This document shows positions 36,821-47,227 of a stretch of DNA of 64,000 nt, in pieces. Every line of letters begins with the position of its first letter. Within the stretch, counting starts at the first letter, position 1. The notes below the pieces were generated by a model. That model made no database searches and was not told the origin of the DNA. It saw only the letters and a program-made list of their open reading frames with translations. A program made the translations under genes and the position numbers. This stretch comes from Albugo candida (lineage: Eukaryota), in the NCBI GenBank assembly GCA_040437565.1, contig JBDOQK010000004.1, positions 186,001 through 250,000 on the forward strand, in the 5' to 3' direction.

Positions 36821-39800
36821 ATGGTGCAACATGCACAAAGTCATTCTCCGCAATGTCAGGAACATCGAAATATAGAGACAGAACTGGAAGGTAAGTTTCT
36901 CGCAACTGCGCTTTTGGCTCTCAGCAATGTATACTTATCACATTAGACACAATCAGTCTACCGGAAGAAATAGTTTGGTCTCTTTTGGACGATGCGATAT
37001 ATTCGGATTCTGAGCACAAATTGTATCGGCATTATGCTCCAAATGAGACATTGCCGCGATATTACCTGAGAGGGAATTTACCGTTTCCTGCGGACACTGT
37101 GTTTGACACTTTATTCGATAGTGCTTACAGTGAGCGCTGGAAACCGATGGGAATCAAAGGAACAAAAAATTTAGCCATAATCGATCTTCAGCCGTTAGAC
37201 AAGATCTTGCATGTGACCTGTGAGCTTCCGTGGCCTTTTATACCCAGAGACTATGTCTACCAGCGTTATCTCCGATACTATAAGCATTTAGATAAGGATA
37301 TGTATGTAATGGTGTCACGTGCTGTTTTCGATGGAAGGGCACCCGAGAGTGAAGGGACGAAGCGAGTCGAGATTTATTCCTCCCGAATACTGATTCGAGA
37401 AGCCGAAAATGGATCGTGTGATATATTCATGGAATACCAGGATGACACACACTTCAGCATACCTGGATACATTTTCAAAGTCGCTATTGCCTTGATTTTA
37501 CCTGTCTTCTTCAGAGAATTGAAAACGGCATGCGAGGAACTCGATGAATATAAATGTCAACTCGAAACACATAATGGAGCAGAAATGCCGTCCGTTTCCC
37601 TGCGTAAAGTGACTCGGAATTCGGAGAATCAAAATAGTAGTGACGGACAAACAATGGCCGAAATGGATAGATCGAATTTTAACGTAGATGATGAAAATGA
37701 ATCCAGATGTGATCGAAGCCTCCTCATGAAGGAAGCAGCGGATACGGGTAGAGTCCTGAAAGCAGCGCCAAACACCTCGAAACTAGGCATGACAGCGGAA
37801 TTCACAGTTGAATTCTATAAAGAGGAAACTGGGCTACGCATTTCAGTTGAGACTGGTACAGGCGATGTCATCGTTGACAAGTATGACAGACATCTGAAAG
37901 AATACGCATCAATGAGCTTCTTGAAATTACGTGAAGGATCTCGTTTGATGACTGTCAATGGGATGCGGATCTCAGGTCTTCCGTACAATGATGTATTAGT
38001 GTGCTTGAAAAATTCATCAAGACCCATGAAGCTAAGCTTTCAAAATGTCGGTTTGAGTAAAACACAATTCCAAAGTAACGCACGTATCATTAAGCATCCG
38101 AAAGCACGACTGCGATGCGTTGTGCCTCCTGATAACAACTTCAAATTTATCGCCAGCCTCAAACCTTTTCGAAGTAGAAATGGATTAACAGGAGCAATTC
38201 TACAAGAAAGCATCTCTTTACAAACGCGATCGACTATATTCCGAACCGCGCCAAAGTATATCACAGTTGCTAGCGGCTTTGTGTTACAAAAGGTAGATGG
38301 CTGCAATGTACTCTCCGTCTCATATGCCGACATCCGACTTTTACTGATGCAAGACAAAGACATACCAAAAAATGTCACTTTGTACGCAACTGACGCTGTG
38401 GAGGAATTACAAGACCTTGAAAGGGCTTCATTCTTATCCAGTTGGTCTTCATCGATATCGCAGGCTATGCCAAGATATAGCTCGAGCTCCAACTCAAGCT
38501 CCTGGTCACTACGATCAAGGAAATCTGGCGATTTAGAACATGAAGGACCGATCCAACAGAGCTCTGATGAAGATCCCGACGATCAGGTGGTATCCTACAA
38601 GGAATGTCTTTTGGATTATTCGGATATTGTGATCTCTGAAGATAACGTAGATTGGGCCTGGAAGCATATACAAGCGTTGCGAGTCGACGAACGGCTAATC
38701 TCTGTGAAAATACTGCTGGACAAACTGGAGATGTTTTTCAGCCAAATGGATAAACGGCAAGCATCCTTGCAAATCTGCAAAAACGTACAAACCGCAATGG
38801 AACAAGACACAATCGCTCTCACACAAATATTAAAACGTTATGCTATCGTACAGGAAGCTTTGCATGAATTCAATTATGAAAAAGAAGCTGAATGGCAATT
38901 TGCTCAGTCGTACCTCGGAGTATCGACCTTTTGGAAGCCAGGTGAAAACGGCACAATTTGGCTTAAGATGGATGGATTGATTGAAGGTGCTGACATTCTC
39001 AATACACTCGCTGTTATCCGAGAAATCGACTTGTACCGACTCTGGGCGCCATTTTGCACAATCTCTGAGGTGCTCAAAGAAGAGAGCCGAGTCGACTTAC
39101 TGGCATACTTGTGCGTCTCACTGCCAATCCTGACTCGCGATGCGGTATTGCACGCGTTTGGTGTGAATGCTTGCTATGAGCATCGTTGTATCTTGTTACT
39201 TGGGCAATCGGCATCCGACGATATGATACAAGTTCCAAAAATGAAAGGATGGAATGTCGACCGCATAGACATACGTGGTTTTCGAGCCAAGATTGAACCA
39301 ATCGAGCTTTCTAAGGCTCAGGCATGTATTGTTGTCAACATGGATATCAAATGCTCGATTCCAAAAAGCTTGCTGAATTATGGAATTCGCAAAGGAGCTG
39401 GTCTTATTCATCATCTCATTTCTAGGCAGGCCGTAAAGATCGAAAAAGCTTGCAGAGAAAACATTTTTGATGAGCACGTGAAACGGATTCATACCGATCC
39501 CTCTAATGTGTATTCCTGGTTACGACCTCGTCTAAGGCACTGGTTTGAGTACAAAGAAAAAGGGTGTTTGGCCTCACCTTTGCCGCTTGATTCCAGCTAT
39601 AAAAAAGCATCTCCGGCAACGAGCAAGCAACCAAATTCAAGTCAGAGTGTGGCTAACGACCCATCTCCATGCACACAAGCGATCGGAGATGAAGCCAAAC
39701 AGGTTCCAGAATTACTGACTGTATCAATGTCACCACATAAGCGAATGCTTACATGGAGTACTTGGGGCACATTGTCAGTTCTTTCGCTTCTCTATCTTCT

Positions 39801-40170
39801 CCTTTCACTTGATCTCAACCACCCGCTATGGATAACTTGTGCCAGCAAATTTTTGTTTTTGTGTTCGTTTGCACAAGCTGGCTTTCAGTTGATACCACGG
39901 CAAAAAAGCACACCCAAGACTGCGCTACCATCGATACCACCATCATATAACGTATGGGTGGAAAGGGTCATGTATGCAATTGCATATGATGTGTTGAGCA
40001 CATGTCTTGCTCGAGCATGGGTACATCGCGATCAAGCTGGGTGGACATGGGTCTTCAGCGGTGATGGACATCGGAGATCGGAAAATATATTCCTTGTCAC
40101 TAGCTGCATTGCATTCATAGGGGTGACGTTTGTCTTGGATGTAAAAGGAGTTGATGAGCGGAGCGGCTAA
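36821..40170 (+). CDS. START - PDZ-like - START domain protein with C-terminal transmembrane helices (paralog A)
   Basis: Exon 1 36821-36890, intron 36891-36946, then a long ORF: LPWPFIPRDYVYQR (START), GSRLMTVNG...SSRPMKLSF (PDZ), IREIDLYRLWAPFC...LTRDAVLH (START), hydrophobic C-terminus. Confidence 0.88.
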
Positions 40171-40197
40171 AATCGCCATTCCATGATAACGCTGTGG

Positions 40198-41601
40198 CTA
40201 AACGTGTTTCATGGCTGTGTTCTGAAACACTGGACGAAGTTCTGCGAGACGATCAAGACGTACGAATATTCGTTCAAATTTCAGTTGGAACCCGTCCATG
40301 GTGGGAATCCTTGTGACGTTATAGAGAGACGGGACAGCTGTGACTCTGACTTCTGCTTGTGCTTGAAATGGACTTTTTCGTCGTTTCCACTCTTTATACT
40401 CATCGGCAACTTCAGCTGCAAGCAGACGGGCATTTGAAGGCGCGTAGGCGTGATAAGCGATATGTAATGGTACTTCGATAAAGCGGCAGTATGGGCACCA
40501 TGGTCGGTTATTTTCCAAGTGACCCGAGACGAATAGGACAAAGAATAAGTGTTCTTCTGCACTTTGTGGTCGTGTTCGATATTGCTCCAGCATGGCCCGA
40601 TATTCTGTGTAATTATTTGTGAGTTTGTACTTCTTTTTTCCTTCCAAAGCACGAGCTATGGAGGCGTCGCTCGTATTGTCAGCAATCTCGAAAACATAAT
40701 CGAGTGTGGCTTGTTCGAGAAGCGAGTGCTCCCACAAGGTCATAGAAGTCGTCCCATTTCCATCCCAGCGCATCAAAGAAGGGATACGCTTAAGTTTTAG
40801 ATCAAAATCGGTTTTGTAGGAATTAGTGCCTTTCTTCCATTCCGTTTCCGAGCCGACTCGGATCATCACCAATCGATACTTTTCATCCGCCTTCTCGAAA
40901 GTCTGATTGATCAAATTCGTTGCCTGCGTACATACTGCCATCCATTCTGATGGCTCTTCATCATCCTCGTCACATGTAAATAGAAGCACGAGAACAGTAT
41001 CGGTCTTCTTTTGACTCCTATCCTGATCGTACTTCTCCAAGAACGTACGTAAATCGTCATAATTGTCCATAATCTGATGACGAGGAACAAGAGGTGTTTC
41101 TGTCACCGTCGAAGGCTCACTCATTTCTACTTTCGTTGGAACAACAGGAATAGCTATAGTGGGAGTGTCCATCAGAGAAGGGATAATTTCCATTTCACTC
41201 CCTTGCGCTTCTTCTTCCATACGCATTAAACTTTCCGCATCAGTGGATGGCTTCTTGTTTACATTGCTTGCACGGTTATCAGGCAACGTAATCTCAATCG
41301 ATATAGAGGTACTAACGGATGCATTAGGCACATCAGCGCGCTCTGAAGGGTCTTCTTTACTCACTTTCTCAAGCTTCTGCTCTTCTCTGATTGTAAGAGA
41401 AGGCGCTTTCTCATCGGTAGCCAACGTGCTCCAATGCAAATGAAGGAGGAACACCACGTAGACGAGCATAAACAAGCAGAGGGATACAAGTCCAAATGAA
41501 ATACGAAAACGATAGTTTTGCCTGCTTTTCTCCTGCTTACGCTTATTGATTTCATCAGAAGCGAAAAAATGCTCGGCAAACTGCGATGGATGGCGGCGCA
41601 T
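40198..41601 (-). CDS. Type II membrane protein with two TRP14/TXNDC17 (DUF953)-like thioredoxin domains
   Basis: N-terminal TM FGLVSLCLFMLVYVVFLL; first domain with degenerate site SEWMAVC, VGSETEWK, LKLKRIPSLMRW; second domain RPWCPYC...VRVTAVPSL. Confidence 0.8.
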   Translation of the reverse strand: MRRHPSQFAEHFFASDEINKRKQEKSRQNYRFRISFGLVSLCLFMLVYVVFLLHLHWSTLATDEKAPSLTIREEQKLEKVSKEDPSERADVPNASVSTSISIEITLPDNRASNVNKKPSTDAESLMRMEEEAQGSEMEIIPSLMDTPTIAIPVVPTKVEMSEPSTVTETPLVPRHQIMDNYDDLRTFLEKYDQDRSQKKTDTVLVLLFTCDEDDEEPSEWMAVCTQATNLINQTFEKADEKYRLVMIRVGSETEWKKGTNSYKTDFDLKLKRIPSLMRWDGNGTTSMTLWEHSLLEQATLDYVFEIADNTSDASIARALEGKKKYKLTNNYTEYRAMLEQYRTRPQSAEEHLFFVLFVSGHLENNRPWCPYCRFIEVPLHIAYHAYAPSNARLLAAEVADEYKEWKRRKSPFQAQAEVRVTAVPSLYNVTRIPTMDGFQLKFERIFVRLDRLAELRPVFQNTAMKHV

Positions 41602-41718
41602 ATTTGAATGTGAATAGGTTCTGATAAAAGCTAGGCGACAGAATCGAGTAAGTTGGTGTTTTTACTCACTGATAAGATCAGATGGCAAGTAATCAGCTAA
41701 TAACTCTATCTTATTTGT

Positions 41719-44700
41719 TCAGACTCTTATGATATGGATTATGTGCATGAGAATGACCAAGGAAGGGAAGAAAAAGGAGCTCGTTAAAAACCAAAAATTC
41801 TCCTCATTTTCTTGGAGAAGTGCTGACTCCTGCGCACCCAGCATACCCGTACTAGAACCAAATCTGCTTGTCCACAGCCAAATCGCTAATGAGCTCATTA
41901 TATCATATGCGATTGCAATGTACGTAAATGTTCGCTGGTCAATTTGACACGGCTCGCGCTTGTTGAGATTCTTTTCAATGATCCTGTCGGTACGCAATGA
42001 GAAATTTGGAAGACGAACGTGGGCACAGGAGTATGTGAACCAAAACTTGACCATACAAGCATACCAAAAGGAATGGCCCGGGCGAATGGAAAATAAGATG
42101 CAAAGCAGGAATAGCGCCCAGACACGCGAATCCCATACATACGCTACCCAGTAGTATTTTGTTTCACATGTAGAAGTCGAAACTCTTGGAATTGAGCTGC
42201 AATCACTGCTTCGTATCTCAGAGTCACTGAGTTGTTGGCTACCGGGTGGCTGTGACGATTCTTGTTGAGCTCTTGAAAAACTTTGGATTCGTGGATCGGT
42301 CTGATGAGTTACAATCAATTTCTGGTCCTTCACTTGCTCTTGAGATGCACTCATTATCATCGTAGACTTTTCCGAGAAGGGCGTTGGTAGACGATTCGCT
42401 TTCTCAAGCTCAAACCATTCATGAACCCGTGGCTGCAGCCAAGCATAGAATCCCACTGGATCACATTCGATTCTCTTGAGATGTTCATTTGCAGTCTTTT
42501 CTCGACGAGCCTTTTCGATCTTTATTGATTCTTTGATTATCATATAATGCATGAGGCCCGCTCCTTTTTTGATCCAGTAATTTATCACATTCTTGGGCAG
42601 CGCACACTTGGGGTCCATATTGATCACTATGCAAGCACGCGTCTTCAGCTTCTCTATGGGCTCGATCAGCGCCCGAAATCCATGGATATGAATGCGGTCA
42701 GAATTCCAGCCCTTCATTTTCGGTACACTTATCATGCTCGAATCTGGTGTTTCACCAAGTAGTAGTACGCAACGATGCTCGTAGCAAGCGTTCACACCAT
42801 ACGCATGTAAGACTGCGTCTCGGGGTGTAAGGGGCAGCGACAAGCAAAAGTAGGCTAAAAGTTCACATCGACCAATGTCTGTGAGTATCTCCGAATTACT
42901 GCAAAACGGAGCCCAATATCGATACAAGTCAATTTCTCGAATGACAGCTAAAGTGTTGAAAATATCGGCCCCTTCAATAATCCCGTCCATTTTCAGCCAT
43001 ATAGTTCCATCATCACCTGGCTTCCAAAATGTTGATACACCAAGATATGTCTGAGCAAATTGCCAATCCGCTCCTTCATCGTTATTGAAATCATGAAGGG
43101 CTCGGCTTGCACACTGTGTACGTTCTCTAATCTGCTTTAGCGCGTCCTTTTCCCCTTTCATTGCGCATTTCACAGCTTCAATTGAATCCATCTTATCTTC
43201 AGGAAGCGAGGAAATATAAGATTCCATTCTATCAAGGAGCAATGTTATGGAAAAGAGTCGTTCTTCAATACGGAGTAATTGTACGTGCTTCCAAGCCCAC
43301 TCGAAATTTTTCGCAGTAATCACAATACCAGAATAATCGAGGAGACACTCGGTTGCATTTAATTCATCCGAAATTCGCTGCTGATTCTCTTCTCGGTAAA
43401 ATTGCCCACTACTGCCGTGTCCATCAAGGGTGGATGGAAGTGGAATGTGTACGTCATGGCCGCTCGCACTTTGAATCAATGATGATGAGGAAAATGAACT
43501 TGGCCCAGCAGCACTTTGAGTTGACGTAGATCGCTTGTACCCAGGTATTGAGCGCGTGAATGAAGACGAAAAAGTTGAAAAAAACGACTGTTTCAGATGC
43601 TCATGCAGACACTCTACGGCGTCTGTCGCATAGAACGATAATTTTCTCGGCGTTGTCACCTCTTTCAAAAGATGATTGCATATGTCTACAAAATTTTCCC
43701 TGAGAAAGCTGCACCCATTTACTTTGTGAAGGACAAATCCTTTGGTAACCATCACATATTTGCCCGATGACTTGAAGACGCGTGATCTAGCGTGAAGGAA
43801 CACATCTCGTTGTACAACGGCGCCAGTATTTGTTTCGAGTTGAAATGGTTTCAAACTCGTTATGAACTCTTCGGTATCTTTCGCGGTCAGTATGCATTTG
43901 AGCTTTGTTTTTGAATGCTTGATAAGTCGAGGAGTGACATGCGGCCTTGTATCAGATGGCACTGGATTCTTGAAGCCCAGCTTCATTGGACGAGGACAAT
44001 CACGGATACGTTGCAAGACATCATCGAAAGTCAGCTCGCTCGCTAGTGTGCCATTTATGGATACAAGGTAGCAGCCAGGTTTCAGGTAGAAAGGATAGAT
44101 TGATGCTTCTGTGTCCTCTTCACATTTGGTCACAGATATCTGATTGTCACCCTTTTGCATCGTCAAGTGTAACCCGATTACTGCTTCATAAAATAGCACA
44201 GTGAACTGATCGGTTGAGATGATTTCAATTTTGTCCGCTAAGCAATCCATTGTACATTGGCGTTCATGATCCAATCGAGCTGGTCGAGATGAATGAATAT
44301 CAAGAGAATGACCACGATTCCATTTCTTTTGCTGTTTCTTTCGTGTAGTCTGGTCTTTGTGCTCCTTGTTGGCTTTCACGATAAGAAGAGATCCTTCGCC
44401 ATGTTCGATCCGCTTGGTTGCTATTGTTTTACTCGAATTCAAAACAGCTGACGGAATGCGATTCACTGCTTCATTGTCGAGACTACTCAAATAGCTTTTA
44501 TAGTTGGAGCAAGCCGCTTTCAGCTCTTTGAAAAATGTCGGTAGTGTAATTGAGATGACAACGCTAAGTACGTAATCGGGAATACTACAGTCGGTATCAT
44601 CCTGAAACTCTACATAGAGATCACAACGACTTTGTCCAGCTGCTCGTAACAAAAGACGAGCTTTATAATTTTCTACTCGCTTTATGTCTTTTGCTTCAGG

Positions 44701-45228
44701 AATATCAGCATCACGTACAGTATGTGAGACCATCACATATGAATCAACACCATTATCTGTATAATGTCGTAATTGACGCTGATAGACGTAATCTCTAGGC
44801 ATGAACGGCCACGGAAGGTCGCAAGTGACATGCAACAGTTGATCACAGGCACTTTCCCTATTTTGATCGTCTTTTCCTCGAGGTAGTACACGTGTTTGGT
44901 TGACTCCGATCGGTTTCCATTGCTCGAAATATGTGGCGTCGAACAATGTATTAAAGACCAATTCAGCAGGAGATGCAAACGATGCTTGTAAATAATAACG
45001 GGGCAAAGTCTCATTAGGCTGAAGATGACGATACAAACGGATATCTTTATCCGTGTACAGCTTCGTCTCCAATAGTGACCAGATTGCATGCGTGTGGAAA
45101 TCAGTCAATTCTAGAAAACAAGGCTTTCGTGAGCTAGGTATCCACACACATTTCTGATCCATTATCGTACCTGTTAGTTCGGATTCATACTTTTCAGTGC
45201 TCTCTTTTTCGTTCTGCTCGATACTCAT
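41719..45228 (-). CDS. START - PDZ-like - START domain protein with C-terminal TM helices (paralog B)
   Basis: 1169 aa ORF collinear with paralog A (PNETLPRYYL, LPWPFMPRDYVYQR, WQFAQTYLGVSTFWKPG, IREIDLYR); probable in-frame 60-nt intron near 45111-45170 at the same position as in A. Confidence 0.9.
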   Translation of the reverse strand: MSIEQNEKESTEKYESELTGTIMDQKCVWIPSSRKPCFLELTDFHTHAIWSLLETKLYTDKDIRLYRHLQPNETLPRYYLQASFASPAELVFNTLFDATYFEQWKPIGVNQTRVLPRGKDDQNRESACDQLLHVTCDLPWPFMPRDYVYQRQLRHYTDNGVDSYVMVSHTVRDADIPEAKDIKRVENYKARLLLRAAGQSRCDLYVEFQDDTDCSIPDYVLSVVISITLPTFFKELKAACSNYKSYLSSLDNEAVNRIPSAVLNSSKTIATKRIEHGEGSLLIVKANKEHKDQTTRKKQQKKWNRGHSLDIHSSRPARLDHERQCTMDCLADKIEIISTDQFTVLFYEAVIGLHLTMQKGDNQISVTKCEEDTEASIYPFYLKPGCYLVSINGTLASELTFDDVLQRIRDCPRPMKLGFKNPVPSDTRPHVTPRLIKHSKTKLKCILTAKDTEEFITSLKPFQLETNTGAVVQRDVFLHARSRVFKSSGKYVMVTKGFVLHKVNGCSFLRENFVDICNHLLKEVTTPRKLSFYATDAVECLHEHLKQSFFSTFSSSFTRSIPGYKRSTSTQSAAGPSSFSSSSLIQSASGHDVHIPLPSTLDGHGSSGQFYREENQQRISDELNATECLLDYSGIVITAKNFEWAWKHVQLLRIEERLFSITLLLDRMESYISSLPEDKMDSIEAVKCAMKGEKDALKQIRERTQCASRALHDFNNDEGADWQFAQTYLGVSTFWKPGDDGTIWLKMDGIIEGADIFNTLAVIREIDLYRYWAPFCSNSEILTDIGRCELLAYFCLSLPLTPRDAVLHAYGVNACYEHRCVLLLGETPDSSMISVPKMKGWNSDRIHIHGFRALIEPIEKLKTRACIVINMDPKCALPKNVINYWIKKGAGLMHYMIIKESIKIEKARREKTANEHLKRIECDPVGFYAWLQPRVHEWFELEKANRLPTPFSEKSTMIMSASQEQVKDQKLIVTHQTDPRIQSFSRAQQESSQPPGSQQLSDSEIRSSDCSSIPRVSTSTCETKYYWVAYVWDSRVWALFLLCILFSIRPGHSFWYACMVKFWFTYSCAHVRLPNFSLRTDRIIEKNLNKREPCQIDQRTFTYIAIAYDIMSSLAIWLWTSRFGSSTGMLGAQESALLQENEENFWFLTSSFFFPSLVILMHIIHIIRV

Positions 45229-45850
45229 TGCTATTCGCGCCGAGTTACGTAATCCAAAGTAAGTCGTACGACTTGCTGGGTTTGAAAGTCGTTACTTTGA
45301 GGTAAAAACAAAAGTGACGAGTTTCTTATTCGAAGTGATTTGACGGATTTTCATGGCTGAAATTTTCTTCGACCAATTTTCGAAATATGGTAAGTCATTC
45401 ACTTTTTCTGCCAGGCGGTATATCGCTATTCTATGAATGCGCGAATTTTATTATCACCATTAGAAGTTTCCACATTTTGGGATCAACGTCGAAAGAATGA
45501 ATCCGATTCCGGTAGATATCGTTAAGCAGTAAGAAGACATGTCACTTCCACCAACTGATTACGTGATACCGTCAAAAGGGAACATCTCATCGATGAAAAC
45601 AATCGGTTTACATCGCTTGGCCACGATGCAGTTGCGTCACTGATTTTAACGTTACAGACTCAAAAAACTTCTCCACACACAGTCATTTGCGACTGTAACG
45701 GGAACCATAAAGTGCGTGCCCCAAATCAAAATTTTAGATCAATGACATACGATTTGTAATGGATCCCTCGCTTCCTTGCAAAGGCTTTGCTGAGCGCTTC
45801 GTAGAAGGGCTCTATAAATTAATACATAACTGAAAAGGAGCACGAAGAAA

Positions 45851-46964
45851 ATGGCGGCTAGCGTCCGAAATACTGCCATCAAACGCATACAAGGCGTAAT
45901 GTTTACTTTGCTTATCTCCGCAACTATCGACTGACTAATTTTCGGTGCGATAGGATGTTCGTGAAATGATGACCAATCCAAGTGACCAATATACAGCTGC
46001 ACCTTTGGAGGTATTTTTTTTTCTGTACATATTCAGGTAGTTTGCTCATGATGTGCTCAGGATAACATGTTCGACTGGCATTTCACGTTACGAGGAACAC
46101 GAGATACTGAGTTTGAAGGAGGTATCTACCATGGTCGCATTCTACTTCCAGCAGACTATCCTTTCAAACCGCCAAATATCATACTACTTACGGTAAAAAG
46201 CTGCTCGATAATAACCTCGTCATGCGCGTCGCTAGCACTCAACATTGATCATTTTATAGCCTAATGGTCGTTTTGAAGTGAGAAAGAAAATCTGTTTGAG
46301 CATATCGGCGCATCATCCCGAAGAATGGCAGCCAGCATGGGGAGGTTGGCAAAAGTCATGACATGCATCAATGTGGGGTTCTAAGCATTTTTTTGCATCA
46401 GTGCGTTTGATTTTAGAGGCGTTGATCAGCTTTATGCCTACACAAGGAGAGGGAGCTATTGGAGCACTCAACTTTACAGTCGAAGAGAGACGTCGATTAG
46501 CAATAAAGGTAAAGGGCGCTTGTATACTCGTCGTGTGACTATTCCATTGATGTCTATGGTTCTAGTCTCGCGAATTTTGCTGTGATGTATGTGGTAACAT
46601 TGCTCAGTTACTTCCCGAGCTTTCTGAAGGATCAATTACGAACGAGAAAAAAGAGTCCGAATATGCTGAACAAATTGCAAAACTACACGTGCACACTGTT
46701 GAAAAAGAAGCAGAAAAACAGACTACCGCTGAAAACGCACGCTCCGAGTCCAGTGTACCTCAAGAAGAAAGTTCCTCTCCCCATGACAATCAGAACAACA
46801 CTACTTTATATGACGCTCAAGTGACGACTCCGCCACAATCTGCCACATCACATCCAAACGGGGATTTTGTCAGTGACGTTTTGGGCTACCTAGCGGTCGC
46901 AATTGCCATCGCGCTTTTCGCACTTATTTATAAGCGACTGTTACAGGTCTATGGTATCCTATAG
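45851..46964 (+). CDS. UBE2J1: ER-anchored ubiquitin-conjugating enzyme, UBE2J1/Ubc6 family (6 exons)
   Basis: Spliced: AIKRIQG/DVREM..AAPLE/DNMFDWHFTLRG..EGGIYHGRILLPADYPFKPP/PNGRFEVRKKICLSISAHHPEEWQPAWG/VRLILEALISFM; C-terminal TM anchor. Confidence 0.92.
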
Positions 46965-47227
46965 ACAGCGCAATTCGGGTACATCGACCTTACGTCTTTA
47001 CAGGAAAAGACCAAGTCAATCGATAGTGTACTTCATATTGCAAGTCGATTTTTACTGAACTCCCCTAATCTCATGATACATCGCTTGTAATAGCTTTTCT
47101 CTGTCGAGTAATTTGATGAGCATTCATTGTGAGCTGTTACCTGTTTGCTCGTATTGATTCTGCCACATAGAATTTTTTTTTTCATACGTTTAGTTCGTCA
47201 AAGTATTGAAACATTTGAAGGACCATA

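Noticed and set aside
2044-46964. Functional cluster of two E2 enzymes
   Set aside because: Different E2 families 43 kb apart; no evidence of linkage.
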